Shown: positions 10,166-22,100 of the stretch, piece after piece
Layout of the letters: every line of letters starts with the position of its first letter
How positions within the stretch are numbered: position 1 is the stretch's first letter
Origin: Candidatus Poribacteria bacterium
Lineage (GTDB): Bacteria > Poribacteria > WGA-4E > WGA-3G
Length of the DNA: 64,000 bases
Assembly (NCBI GenBank): GCA_965197475.1
Contig: CBDANF010000002.1
Coordinates: forward strand, 480,001-544,000
Reading direction: 5' to 3'
Translations under genes and position numbers: made by a program
The notes under the pieces: model-generated
Databases searched by the model: none
What the model was told of the DNA's origin: nothing
Seen by the model: only the letters and a program-made list of their open reading frames with translations

Positions 10166-11778
10166 CTCGTACTCGCTATGAGTTCATAGATAGTTTCACG
10201 TGTATCAGGTTCATCACGCGAGGCACGAGAATAAGTAAGCCTCCATTCTAAGAAAATATCAGGTTGATCTGTTCCCATATCTGCTGCGTCTGCTACAGCT
10301 TCGTCAATAGAATCCAGATTTTCTTCAATAGAACCGCTCTCAATTTCTGATTCACCAACATTAAAACTGTGGGAGCCAGCCAATTGTTCTGAGAAAAGTT
10401 GACGTTCAACATATCGTAGTCGTGCACTTCGCATATCCGTGTTTCTATCTTGGTTGAATCCTGCCCATGTTCGGGTTTGGTTTTCTGCTGTGTGGGTTGT
10501 AAGCGTGCGTAAACTTAAAAGATGATCTTCTGATAAACGGAGACTGATGTTAACGACACTACCCCAATCCACTTCATGATTACTCTCTTCTACATCGTAA
10601 TCGGTTTTTGTTGTAAGGACATCGTTTAATCCTATCCCAAAATCTCTGCGGACTTGCTTGTTATAACTATGCCCATTACCATAAGAGATCACGCCAAGAT
10701 AACCGAACTGCTTGCCGAAGAGGGTACTGTTATTACCGATGCTAAATTTATAACCCTGATTTACAGGAACAACATATCGTTCAGCGGACCAAACATTAGA
10801 GAAAGCCCGTCCAAATTCCTGGATTTCCGCGGCTGTGTACCCTCTGGTGGTGAAGCGGCCGCGTTCGCGAATAGGAATATCTTCAGGTTTCTCTTGGATA
10901 ATTGTGGGAAGATCACGCGAACCGTCGTCAAATCCCAAAAAGTCAAGACTTCCGCCGGGATACGTCAATCCTTCTGTGCCGGTTGCCTGTGTGTTAAAAC
11001 CAGTTGACAGAGACAACGACATGGTTAACGCCTCTGGAAAATCTTTTGTGAATACTTGCACCGAACCACCAGCAAACCCGCCCGGTTGATCGGGTGAAAA
11101 TGTTTTCACGGTTTGCAAACTTGTGAGCAAACTTGCCGGAAAGATGTCCATCGGCACAACCCGGCGGTTCGGTTCCGGACTCGGAATCTCAACATTGTTC
11201 AGAAGTGTATTACTATAGCGTTCCCCTAACCCACGTACAAACACGTACTTGCCACCTACAATACTGACACCTGTTACACGCTTAATTGCCTGCGCTGCTG
11301 AGGAGTCTGGCAGCCGACTGATCTTTTCGGTACTAATGCTGTCCTCAATTCGAGAGCTCCGCATCCGTTTTTCAAGAAAACCACGTTCTCCAGATTGACT
11401 TAATCGCACCTTCAGGTTAATCGCATCTAACTTCACAACTTGTGGTTCAAGCGTCACCCGTAACGGCTCCGACAAACCCCTGGCGTTGACTTCAATATCA
11501 GAAAGTACAGAAGCATTGTAGAACTGCGCGGACACTTGGAAGGTATAAGTGCCAGCGGGTAATTCTAAAGAAAATGCGCCTGTTTCATCAGTCTTGACCT
11601 TGATGTCTGTGTTTGCAACCTTTATAGTGACATCTGTTAACGGTGTATCCGTATCACTATCTACGACAACACCAGTAATTCTTACGGTCTGTTGTGTTTC
11701 TTGGGCAGCAGCACCCACCGTCAAGATAAGTCCTATACCAAACATTAATAACAACAATCCGATGTAAAGGCTTTTCAT
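10162..11778 (-). pseudogene. TonB-dependent receptor truncated by IS5
   Basis: Signal peptide, carboxypeptidase-regulatory-like domain and plug (YVFVRGLGERYSNTLLN; KTFSPDQPGGFAGG). The barrel stops at ...RETIYE, where the IS5 TIR begins; no C-terminal Phe strand. Confidence 0.85.
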
Positions 11779-11959
11779 TTTACCTCTCATTTTAATTCGT
11801 AGGTTTAAGATCACACTATCTATTCTCAAAGCAACTCCAATGGTGAAGAAATTTTAACCCGAAAATGAAACAAAATTGTGATATTTTTTTGGCAAATACA
11901 AGAAATTATTTTTTTGCTTGTATTTGACTGCCTAAACCTGCAATAATTAACCTACATAA

Positions 11960-12571
11960 GTGTTAGTACTGAAACGGAGAATCCAATACATGAAGGCTGA
12001 ATTGCATCGGAAGAGCACACATCTGTCTGGATTGATATTTCCTATAATTTACTTCTTTTTAGATCAATCCATCATGTTGGTCATCGTGGGAAGTTTTACC
12101 TGTATCGCGATTAGTGTGGAGTTGGCAAAATGGTTCTTTCCACCTTTCAGACAATTATTTTTTCACTATCTCAAACCACTTCTGCGTCCACACGAACAGA
12201 AAGGCGCGATTACTGGCGCGACTTACTACATCGTCAGTACTTTGTTATGTGTTCTCATCTTTGACAAACCTATCGCAATAGTCTGCATTATATTCATTGC
12301 TTTAGGGGATACTGCTGCTGCCTTGGTTGGAAGTAAATGGGGACGTACAAAACTTATCGGAAATAAGAGTTTGGAGGGAAGTGCCGCGTGTTTTATCATT
12401 TGTACTGCGATAACACTTTTCTGGCGGAATCCAAATCCAATTGTCGGTCTTACCGGCGCATTTGTTGCAACCCTCGTTGAACTTCTTCCCCTTCGAATAA
12501 ATGATAACCTGACAATGCCTCTTATTTCTGGCACTGTGATGCAGATCATGATTAATTATCTACCGTTGTAA
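11960..12571 (+). CDS. SEC59/DGK1/VTE5-like CTP-dependent lipid (polyprenol/diacylglycerol) kinase
   Basis: ELHRKSTHL, GDTAAALVG, KSLEGS and DNLTMP motifs; polytopic membrane protein. Likely start is ATG 11990. Confidence 0.85.
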   Translation: MLVLKRRIQYMKAELHRKSTHLSGLIFPIIYFFLDQSIMLVIVGSFTCIAISVELAKWFFPPFRQLFFHYLKPLLRPHEQKGAITGATYYIVSTLLCVLIFDKPIAIVCIIFIALGDTAAALVGSKWGRTKLIGNKSLEGSAACFIICTAITLFWRNPNPIVGLTGAFVATLVELLPLRINDNLTMPLISGTVMQIMINYLPL

Positions 12572-12697
12572 CGGTGCAGTTGCGAAAAGGCAACCTCTAT
12601 CTTACATTCTGCTTTCCTGCAATATGAAACTTTACTACCACAAACCACAAACAATTCCACTTGACAATTAGTTCAATATCCTATACCTTATATTAAT

Positions 12698-13537
12698 ATG
12701 TCAACTGAAACATGCAGAAAACCGATTCAACCGACAGAAAATTTTCGTGCGATTCCTGTAGCGGTTCCCGAGAATCTTGCAAATATCCGCATAATCCTTT
12801 TTGAACCACGTGAACCCGGAAATATCGGCTCTGCCGCCAGAGTTGTGAAGGGCATGGGTCTATCACAACTTTACCTTGTAAATCCCGTACCGTTCCAGAA
12901 TGTGGACGCAGCGTGGTATATGGCACACGGTGCAAAGGACGTTCTGGAAAACTGTCACATTGTTCCTGAACTGAAAGACGCACTTGACGGGGTAAAATAT
13001 CTTGTCGGCACAACGCACCGCCGCCGTGATGCGCGTCTACCAGATCCCGTTACTGCCCGCGAAGCTGCACACACAATCGCATCCGTTTCACAAGATAAAA
13101 CGGTTGCCTTACTTTTTGGACGCGAAGACTTCGGGTTGTCCACTGATCAGATAAGTCTCTGTCAGTTGACAGCAAGTGTTCCGATGGCAACCAAAAATCC
13201 ATCTCTGAATTTAGCGCAAGCTGTGCAGATATTTGCTTATGAAGTGTTCATTGCGAGTTTGGGTGATCACCCTCCCTCGGATATTGATTATGCCGAAGTC
13301 AACGCATTGGAAGAATTTTACGGGAGGGTCGTACGTTTATTAGATAAGGTTGGGGTGACTCCTTATAATCAGGATTGGGAGACGTATCTAAAATCGTTGC
13401 GACGTGTTTTCTCACGTGCACCGCTTGAGGATCGAGACATTGCTACGCTTGACTTGATCTTCTCTACAACCTATCGGCATATTGTGCAGTTGGAAGAGAG
13501 ATTAGGAATGACACAAAGTAGCAGACACACGCAGTAG
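12698..13537 (+). CDS. trmJ: TrmJ/TrmH-family SPOUT RNA methyltransferase
   Basis: EPREPGNIGSAAR, LLFGREDFGLS and SLNLAQAV motifs. Confidence 0.85.
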   Translation: MSTETCRKPIQPTENFRAIPVAVPENLANIRIILFEPREPGNIGSAARVVKGMGLSQLYLVNPVPFQNVDAAWYMAHGAKDVLENCHIVPELKDALDGVKYLVGTTHRRRDARLPDPVTAREAAHTIASVSQDKTVALLFGREDFGLSTDQISLCQLTASVPMATKNPSLNLAQAVQIFAYEVFIASLGDHPPSDIDYAEVNALEEFYGRVVRLLDKVGVTPYNQDWETYLKSLRRVFSRAPLEDRDIATLDLIFSTTYRHIVQLEERLGMTQSSRHTQ

Positions 13538-13555
13538 GTCCTTGTCTGCGTCGTT

Positions 13556-15163
13556 ATGGAGGAAAACATGAAAACATTTGGCACTCACGGCCCCGTGAAT
13601 CCTGAAGATCATTACGTTGTCTCACGCGGCGCGGAACTCGCTGATTTCATCAACCGCGTCAAGCAGGGACGATATATCGTTATATTCGCCCCTCGGCAAA
13701 CAGGTAAAACGACATTCTTCCAATGGGCTCTTGAGACGCTCACAGCTGATCGGACAGAAACATACTTCCCGATTGAACTGAATTTTGAGGTTTATGAAGA
13801 TTATAGTGCGTCCGATTTTTACACCTCACTTTATGAAAGCATATACGAGGAGATTAAATGTGTCTTTGAGAAACGCGGATACGTGCCGTCTGAAACGCTA
13901 AGCCAATTCTTGGAAAACACGAAGTTAACCGATCACGTTGCAATGCTCAGATTCTTTCAACAGTTCGGAGCTTTTCTTGGAGATGAGAAATTAGTTCTCA
14001 TCATTGACGAATTTGATGGCATTCCTCGTGATGCCGTGAGCGGTTTCTTGCATGCACTCCGCACTATCTATGTTCAACGTTCTATGCGTGAATGTCCCTA
14101 CAGCATTGGTATTGTAGGGGTTAAGAACATTACACAACTCAATCTAAACCGTTCTATTTCACCGTTCAATATCCAGGACGAGTTCACTTTGCCGAATTTC
14201 ACCTTTGAACAGGTGCGTGATCTACTTGCTCAGTACACGGATGAGGTCGGTCAAACCTTCGCCCCTGAGGTCATTGAGAATATTCACAGACAGACTGCTG
14301 GACAACCTTTCCTTGTCAACCGATTCGCGCTGATGCTCACAGAGGAGATGAACATTCCGAAAACAGAAACAATTACGATGACGCACTTTTCACAGGCACA
14401 CACAGAAATACGCGAAGAAGATAACGCAAACCTCACACATCTGATGACCAATATCCGTAGAGACCCACACTATAAAAATATCTTGATGCGAATCGTTTCT
14501 TATGAAAGGGGCATGCGCTTTAACCCACGCAGAGAAATCATCAGTGAACTTGTTACACTCGGTGTAATCGGAAAAGCACCGGATGGGATGTGTCAAATTG
14601 TTAATCCGATTTACCAGTATTGCATCCTGCAGGCGTTCAAGCCTGAGATGAATGGACTTGAGCAAGACTACCTCCCTGAAGACACCGATTTTCTGGACTA
14701 TCTCACGCCGACAGGACAGATTAATATGGAACTGCTCCTTGATAATTTCCAAAATTTCATTGCACGCGTAGGGTATCGGATACTCCAAGTCCCAGAAACC
14801 CCGAAAGAATATGTTGGGCAAGACCTCCTCTACGCCTATCTTGACCAGTTTGTCAGCCTGATTCGTGGTGCAATGTTCCTTGAAGCACAAACGGGACGTG
14901 GCAGGATGGACATGATAATCTTTCACAACGGATGTAAGTCCATCGTTGAAACAAAGATTTGGGAGGGGAAACTGCGCTATGATGCAGGTAAAAAACAACT
15001 GTCCGCATATCTCAAATTAGAACGTGTGTGTGAAGGATATTACGTCGTTTTCGATCATCGTACCGAACCGGAACCACGCGTAGAAACAGAGACGATAGAT
15101 GGGGTGACTATCCGATGCTACGTCATTCCTGTGGTACAGGAAGTCCCTTCACATCAGACATAA
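13556..15163 (+). CDS. AAA-like ATPase fused to C-terminal PD-(D/E)XK-type nuclease domain
   Basis: Walker A APRQTGKTT, Walker B LIIDEFD, SPFNI; C-terminal GRGRMD...VETK...QL..YL...GYYVVFD. Confidence 0.8.
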   Translation: MEENMKTFGTHGPVNPEDHYVVSRGAELADFINRVKQGRYIVIFAPRQTGKTTFFQWALETLTADRTETYFPIELNFEVYEDYSASDFYTSLYESIYEEIKCVFEKRGYVPSETLSQFLENTKLTDHVAMLRFFQQFGAFLGDEKLVLIIDEFDGIPRDAVSGFLHALRTIYVQRSMRECPYSIGIVGVKNITQLNLNRSISPFNIQDEFTLPNFTFEQVRDLLAQYTDEVGQTFAPEVIENIHRQTAGQPFLVNRFALMLTEEMNIPKTETITMTHFSQAHTEIREEDNANLTHLMTNIRRDPHYKNILMRIVSYERGMRFNPRREIISELVTLGVIGKAPDGMCQIVNPIYQYCILQAFKPEMNGLEQDYLPEDTDFLDYLTPTGQINMELLLDNFQNFIARVGYRILQVPETPKEYVGQDLLYAYLDQFVSLIRGAMFLEAQTGRGRMDMIIFHNGCKSIVETKIWEGKLRYDAGKKQLSAYLKLERVCEGYYVVFDHRTEPEPRVETETIDGVTIRCYVIPVVQEVPSHQT

Positions 15164-15384
15164 AATTTATGTGAACACATAGGAACGGTGCAGGTACGCT
15201 GCATTTGATTTAATTGTGAGGAAATAGGTGTTGTTGCACAGTGCCATTCAGTTTCTGATGTTAAGGCGAATGTTGCTTGACAATATCACCAATTTTTGAT
15301 AACCTATTGATAGTTTTAATAGTTGAGTTGAAACGTAAGGCGAATTTAAGAATTTAGCACTAAATTATAAAAGGGGAATTTGAT

Positions 15385-15969
15385 ATGACCAAATCTCTTA
15401 ACGTCCTTTTAGCCGTTGTAGCTGGAGTGATTCTGATAGCAGCAATTGTTTTCTTTAAAACTCGAGATTCTGGATCTATCCAAGTTGAAGTTACAGCTAG
15501 AACAGGGACAAAAGTTTTTGCAAAATTACCTGGAGGCGAGGAACAGTTCCTCAACAGTGTTTCGACACTTGCAGACGGTAAAATAAAGGTGGATGTCCCG
15601 ATTGACGCGGACCTCATTTTGAGATATAACAATGAAGAAGAAATCTTTGCTTACGAGATATGGAAGGAAAAAAAGTCAATTGCACATGATTTCGATGCTT
15701 TTGTATCTATTCAAATTAACGCAATTCCATGGGCGGAGGTACTCATAAAGTTACCTGAAAATAACGATTACATGTTGCCACGAATACAAGATTTTATAAT
15801 TCCTCCAGAACCTAATGAACAGAATACTAATGTTACTCCTATACGCGGAGGCCTGAAAGTCCCGATTGGCACAACGATTAAATTGTTGTATCAAGGGAAA
15901 GAGAAGGTTTTCTCCTATGAGGAATGGAAGGAAGATGCGCGAATCTCACACAATTTTTCAAATCCCTGA
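15385..15969 (+). CDS. Membrane-anchored hypothetical protein with two internal PEGA-like repeats
   Basis: N-terminal TM segment; two similar halves (KLP...KVDVPIDADLILRY...IFAYEIWKE...I.HDF / KLP...KVPIGTTIKLLY...VFSYEEWKE...I.HNF). Confidence 0.6.
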   Translation: MTKSLNVLLAVVAGVILIAAIVFFKTRDSGSIQVEVTARTGTKVFAKLPGGEEQFLNSVSTLADGKIKVDVPIDADLILRYNNEEEIFAYEIWKEKKSIAHDFDAFVSIQINAIPWAEVLIKLPENNDYMLPRIQDFIIPPEPNEQNTNVTPIRGGLKVPIGTTIKLLYQGKEKVFSYEEWKEDARISHNFSNP

Positions 15970-16003
15970 TTGCGTTTAAAGATTCTGAAAATAGGAGACA
16001 CGT

Positions 16004-18889
16004 TTGATGAGCAAGTTTTGGATCGTGATCTTGATACTACTTTCAGTGATTTTGGTGACTCCAAGCCCTATAAACGCTGATGACCTTCTGATAGACGTTG
16101 AAATCCTTTCGGGGATCCACCCTAAAAGACGACTAGTAGACTATGGTATTCCTCGCAGTTACTCTTGGACATTTGAGAGCGAGGATTACACGGTTATATT
16201 AGCGATAGACCAACAAGAATACAATACGATTCGCAATGACCAAAGGAAACGGCAGTATAATTTCAAGCATTTTGCTCCAATGGTGTATAAAGGAGTCGAT
16301 TCATTAGAGGAGTTAATCAATGAGTTTAAGCAGGTAATACCCAAAACTTGGAGTGAAGAAAGGAGAGTGAATTTTGTCCTTGCTTTCGTTCAAGCCATTC
16401 CTTATAAAGACGACGAAACGACTGGATACGATAGAGAATATTATAAACATCCAATTGAAACGCTCACCGAAGGCCAAGGTGACTGCGAAGATACCAGCAT
16501 GCTTTTTGCCTCCATTCTTAGTGGATTAGGCTTTGAATCGGCATTGTTAGTTTTACCACCAGTCCGTCCAGACGGTCCAGGCCACGTTGCTGTCGGTGTC
16601 AAAGGTGACTTTCAAGGGTATTTCGAGTCATACGGAAACGATAAGTATTATTATTGCGAAACAACTCGTCGATGGTACAAGGAAGGCAAAACTATTTATG
16701 AACTCAAGTTAGGCGTGATACCACCACGGTTAGTAGGCAGAATAAAGAAGATTATGCCAATTACCCCAAAACCAGTTTCACCTAAACCGGTCACTCCACA
16801 AATTGTTACACCGATACCAAAGTTCCCAGTATCTCCTTCCTCCCAAAATGCTCTTCAAAATGGCATCAACCTGTATAAAGATGCTCGATACAACGAGGCA
16901 ATTAAATCCTTACAGTTAGCCTTATCCGGGCTTAGCAAATCAGAACAGCGAGCTCAAGTTTATATCTACTTAGGGGCAGCAGAATTGGGATTCGGGAAAA
17001 GTATTCCTGAAGTAAAAGCTCGATTTCAAGAGGCACTTCGCCAAAATCCCGATCAAGAATTACCCTGGCCTAATCATCAAAAGTTTAAGCCTTTATTTGA
17101 AGAAGCACGCAGAGAATCAATAGGCGAATTGACCGTTTTCGCTTCACTACCCCAAACAGAAATCTGGATTTACGAGAACGGAATTAATAGAAAAAAATTA
17201 GGTACTGGAACAAGTCGAATCAATCTTAAACTATTTAAAGGCACTTACACAATAGAAGGGGTTTATGAAGGAGTATCTAAAAAGCAGAAAATCGAAATTG
17301 CACCTAATACTCATAAGAAACTTGAGATAGAGATACCGCCTATCGTCAAGCATACGCCTGTCTCAGAAGTCTCTGTCGGAGAAATAATTCCACTTACCTT
17401 AAGTTTAACCAGCCCCAATAGACCTAACCAAGTCAAGATTTATTATAACACCTACGATAAAAATAACAATGAATTAGAACGAAATAATAAAAAAATGCTT
17501 CTATCGCGCCGGGATCGTGCGTCGTTGATATGGACCTACGAGGTGGACTTGCCTTCACAAAAGCGTGCTGGTTCAATTAGATATTACATCCAGGTTGAAT
17601 ATGAAGATCGTATGGTGGTAAGGCATCCGAAAAGCCGATATCGTTACCATCAAATCTCAATTACTGATGATGTATCTCCAATTGATAATAAGTCCCCAAC
17701 AATTGTTTTACGAAATTCACCTACAACTGTTAACATTAATCAAGAAATTACCATCAATGCAGAAATAACAGATGACACCGCTGTCGAATCGGTTTACCTT
17801 TTTTACGCTTTTTCACTGTCCAGAAACTTCAAACCTTCACAATATTATCGCAGGGTTCTCACAAAAACCTATTTGGATATATACACTGGACGTATTCTAC
17901 CTCAAAAGGATCCTGGATATATCTGGTATTATCTGACTGCAACTGATACAGAAGGAAATGAAGGCAAGACAGAAAAGAGAGTGTTGGAAATTAAATCCAG
18001 TCGCAAGCATACTCCACCTCACAATCAACCTCCAAGAATAGTTTTTCAAGATACAATTCGAACCTCCGAAGTCAATCAGCGAATTCCCGTCAAAGCAAGA
18101 GTAACAGATGATACTGCTGTCAAATCGGTTTACCTTTTTTATGGTTTTTCACGGTCTAGAATTTCAGAACCTTCAAAATATTATATGAAGGCCCTCACGA
18201 AAAACACTTTAGATATATACACCGGTCATATTTCACCTCAGCGCGAGGTTGGATACATCTGGTATTATTTGACTGCAATTGATACAGAAGGAAAGAAAGG
18301 TAAGTCAACAAAGAAAGTACTGGAAATTAAATATAGTTCCCGTTATACTCCAAAACCCAAACCAACACGGCCAGTGGAGCCTTCTACTGATCAATCTTCC
18401 TCACCACCTATTGTCCATCAAGGAATCTGGACTAGCCATGCATGGTCAGATGACGTTTTAAAAGGAGGTAGCTCCACTTTTGGATTGGAGCAGGGTAATG
18501 CATTTAGTTTCGCTTACCTACGAGAAGGGAAAACTCATCAGACATTTGGTGCACAATTGGACTTATACTATCAAAATTCCTTGAATCCAAGTATTACATT
18601 TCAGTGGGGACCCGCTTTAGGAAAAAGTCCTATTGTGTTTGCGTTCCTTGGAGGCTTTGCAGGAGATACGCCATTCCTCGGTACAAGTTTAAAACTCTAT
18701 CCAGTTGATAGAGTTTCAATCGATGTTACACTACTCCGATCAGTTCTTGACACAACACACCCTTATCACTATGAAATGGGAATCCGAGTTTATAAAACCC
18801 GCGAATTAAACTTGCAGATCGGAAGTCAATGGAACTTAGGTAATGGAAACATCACCAAGATGCAGATAGGGTTTGGATTTACCTTCTGA
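16004..18889 (+). CDS. Secreted transglutaminase-like Cys protein with TPR, PEGA-like and Ig-like repeats and a C-terminal beta-barrel-like region
   Basis: GDCEDTS / GHVAVGV / YYYCETT putative triad; TPR (GINLYKDARYNEAI); duplicated Ig-like modules (TDDTAV.SVYLFY...YIWYYLTA.DTEG); ends IGFGFTF. Confidence 0.7.
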   Translation: MMSKFWIVILILLSVILVTPSPINADDLLIDVEILSGIHPKRRLVDYGIPRSYSWTFESEDYTVILAIDQQEYNTIRNDQRKRQYNFKHFAPMVYKGVDSLEELINEFKQVIPKTWSEERRVNFVLAFVQAIPYKDDETTGYDREYYKHPIETLTEGQGDCEDTSMLFASILSGLGFESALLVLPPVRPDGPGHVAVGVKGDFQGYFESYGNDKYYYCETTRRWYKEGKTIYELKLGVIPPRLVGRIKKIMPITPKPVSPKPVTPQIVTPIPKFPVSPSSQNALQNGINLYKDARYNEAIKSLQLALSGLSKSEQRAQVYIYLGAAELGFGKSIPEVKARFQEALRQNPDQELPWPNHQKFKPLFEEARRESIGELTVFASLPQTEIWIYENGINRKKLGTGTSRINLKLFKGTYTIEGVYEGVSKKQKIEIAPNTHKKLEIEIPPIVKHTPVSEVSVGEIIPLTLSLTSPNRPNQVKIYYNTYDKNNNELERNNKKMLLSRRDRASLIWTYEVDLPSQKRAGSIRYYIQVEYEDRMVVRHPKSRYRYHQISITDDVSPIDNKSPTIVLRNSPTTVNINQEITINAEITDDTAVESVYLFYAFSLSRNFKPSQYYRRVLTKTYLDIYTGRILPQKDPGYIWYYLTATDTEGNEGKTEKRVLEIKSSRKHTPPHNQPPRIVFQDTIRTSEVNQRIPVKARVTDDTAVKSVYLFYGFSRSRISEPSKYYMKALTKNTLDIYTGHISPQREVGYIWYYLTAIDTEGKKGKSTKKVLEIKYSSRYTPKPKPTRPVEPSTDQSSSPPIVHQGIWTSHAWSDDVLKGGSSTFGLEQGNAFSFAYLREGKTHQTFGAQLDLYYQNSLNPSITFQWGPALGKSPIVFAFLGGFAGDTPFLGTSLKLYPVDRVSIDVTLLRSVLDTTHPYHYEMGIRVYKTRELNLQIGSQWNLGNGNITKMQIGFGFTF

Positions 18890-19115
18890 GACTCTATGCA
18901 TAATCGTCCAGTCTCGGTTTTTCACATCTTCTGTAGAAGGTGCAGAAATCACAATTCTCAAAGTCCAAAACGTATTCTAAGCCGTTTAGTTTCTGTTCCC
19001 TAAGTCATAATGTGTGCCTCAGAAATTGGGTTACGGAGAACTGAATGGCATTGGGATAGAGAATTCTGCTTGAAATTTTGAGTATACTGGCGTATTATAT
19101 ATAATATACATATCC

Positions 19116-22100
19116 TTGTTAGGCTTAGACGAAATGCGACACATAAAACCCATCGTTTGGCTCATTTTTATCCTATCCGGTGCAAGTGCCCTCATCTATG
19201 AAGTCCTATGGATGCGGCAACTGACGCTTGTCTTCGGCAGCACTGTTTTTGCGACAAGCACCGTGCTGACTGCATTCATGGCAGGACTCGCACTCGGCAG
19301 CTTCTACTTTGGCAGAAAGATTGATGAGAGCAAACTATCGCCGTTAAAACTTTATGCCCTTCTTGAAGCAGGCATCGGTGGATTTTGTCTCATCTGGCCC
19401 CTGCTACTAACCTTACTGACTGCCCTTTATGTCCTTATTTACCGCAACATTACATCTGAATTCTATACCCTCTCACTTATTCGCTTTGTGTTGACCTTTG
19501 GCATTCTGCTAATTCCCTCTACATTGATGGGTGGCACGTTACCGATATTGACACGGTTTTTTGTCAAAAGGTTGGAACAACTTGGAACAAACATCGGGAT
19601 TTTGTATGCGTTGAATACATTTGGCGCAGTTATTGGGACTGTGGCAGCAGGGTTTTTCTTAATTGAAGCTTTGGGTATCAAATGGACACTCGGTGTGGCA
19701 GTTGCGATTAATTTCGGTGTAGCTTTAGTAGCGTTGGTATTGGCACGGCATGCACACAAGATAGAATCAGATGAAGATGAGGAGTTAACAGAACAAGGGA
19801 TAACCAAAGCGAACGAACAGGACACACAACCGCAACAACCTGCTGTCGGTGGATTGCAGATAAAAGAAAGGCAATTAGTACTGTGGAGTATAGGCATATC
19901 CGGTTTCTGTGCTTTAGCTTATGAGGTGCTATGGACTCGTATTCTCGTATTTTTTCTGGGTAGCACAACTTATGCGTTTGCCACGATGCTCGCTGCGTTT
20001 CTGTTCGGTATTGCATTGGGCAGCATGATTTTAGCACGATGGGTTGATCAGATAAAGCAACCTGTTATCACTTTCGGCATCGTACAACTCGGCATAGGAC
20101 TCTTCGCGCTTATCCTTATGCCTGCTTTTGAGCAGTTATACGGGATAACCTCTGCGCTTCAGTCTACTTTTGGCGGGAGTAGATTTTGGGCATTCTTTTC
20201 CTGCTTTATTGTAATGTGCATTCCAACTTTTTTAATGGGTGCAAGTTTTCCGCTGGTAACGAAAATCTATACCGGCAACGCACGTCAACTTGGTAGAAGC
20301 ATCGGTAACGTCTATGCGGTTAACACAGTAGGGAGTATTTTGGGAGCGTTTTGTGCGGGGTTTGTGCTAATTCCACTACTGAATATCCGTCCCAGCATTG
20401 TGTTGGCGATTGTGTTGAACACAAGTATCGGATGTGTGCTTGTTTTGACAGGATGGCGCGCATCTACGGATGCAGGTATCAATAATGAAAAAGCGGGAAG
20501 TGGATTCAAGTCGGTTCTACAAGGGATAGGAATCGGGGTGCCGATACTCAATGTTGGATTAGCGGTTATCTTATTATTCACTTTAAGTCAACCGATCTTT
20601 CTGAAAAGCACAATTTACAAAACGCAACGCCCGGGGGATGTAGTTGTCGCTTATGAAGAGGAGATAGACGCAACAGTAACAACCTTGAGGGATGATGAAG
20701 GTGTCTATCGTCTCTATGTGGATGCAAATCAAGCAGCAGATGCTTCACGGTGGGATTCCCCATCGCATCGCGTTATTGCGCATCTGCCGTTGCTATTACA
20801 TCCCAGTCCGAAACGCGCCCTCGTCGTGGGGTTCGGCATGGGACTTACCTCACACTCAATTACACAACACGGGGTGCAAGTTGATGCAATAGAATTGTCA
20901 AAAGGGGTGATTTCTGCAGCACAAAAACATTTTATACATATCAATGGTAATATCTTTGAAAATCGCTTGTTAAATTATACATTAAATGATGGACGCAACC
21001 ATATTTTAATGACACAAAAAAAGTATGATATGATTTCAACAGGCATCATCCATCCGCTTGTCAGTGCTGGAAGTTCCAATATCTATACAGCAGATTTTTA
21101 CCGCTTGTGCAAAAGAATCCTTGCTGAGGATGGAGTGATGTGTCAGTGGGTGCCGTTACATCGTTTACCAGAGGCGCATTATAAGATGATTGTCCGCACA
21201 TTTATCAATGTTTTTCCAAATACGACTCTCTGGTATAAATACACCCCCGACTTTGTGATTCTTATCGGTACTCGTAAGCCGCTATCAATTGATTACAAAG
21301 ACTTTATGGCACGCAGCCGGATACCAAGTATCCGGGAAGGACTCGCTGCGGATGATTTAGACGGTATGTCGCTACTTGACTCTTTTATGATGGGTCCAGA
21401 AGCGGTGCGCGAATATGCAGGCGTTGGACCTATCCATACAGATGACCGTCCAAGATTGGAATTCTTCAAAGGGGCAGATTTAGCGAACTCTACCGTAAAA
21501 AATATTACTGGTATGAAAGAGTTTCGACAAAGCGTTACGTCCGTTAAATCGTTGCTGAAAAATTACGGTACCACATTAGAAGAGAAAAGAGAGGTTAAGG
21601 CAAAGATTGATAGGTACTTTGAAGCCACACAGAAATTGATTCTCGGACAAATTGCTTATGCCAAGGCACAGTCCGCGCTTGCCAGTGGACAAATTGGCGA
21701 TTTCAATTCCCAACTCGAAAGTGCGAGTGTTATGATAAACGAAGCGGTAGGAATTAATCCAGAAGATGAAACAATTCGCTATAATTTTGGTGTTGTCAGT
21801 GGCTTGATTCGCGAAGATGAACAGGAAGAACTGCGACAGATTGAACAGACAGAGCAACGTAGAGTACGGCAAAACCCCGATGACATTCAGCGGCATCTGA
21901 ATTTAGCGGTTGTGTATGAGTTGCAGAGAGAGCTCGGGAAAGCTTCATCTGAACTTGAGAAATTTCTCAAGCGCGATCCGAGCAGAGTTGATGTTTACCT
22001 ACTCTTGGGGCCACTGTATGAACGCCAGGAGCGCAATAAACAGGCACTTCACACCTACGAGCGATTAGAACAGGTTGATCCTAACTTACCTGCGCCAATT

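Larger units (their letters stand above)
9182..10187 (+). mobile_element. IS5-family insertion sequence with split transposase
   Basis: Imperfect 18-bp TIRs: ATGAAGTCATATTGAGTA and reverse complement ATGAACTCATAGCGAGTA. Two ORFs are joined at the A8G4 run near 9656-9667. Confidence 0.85.
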
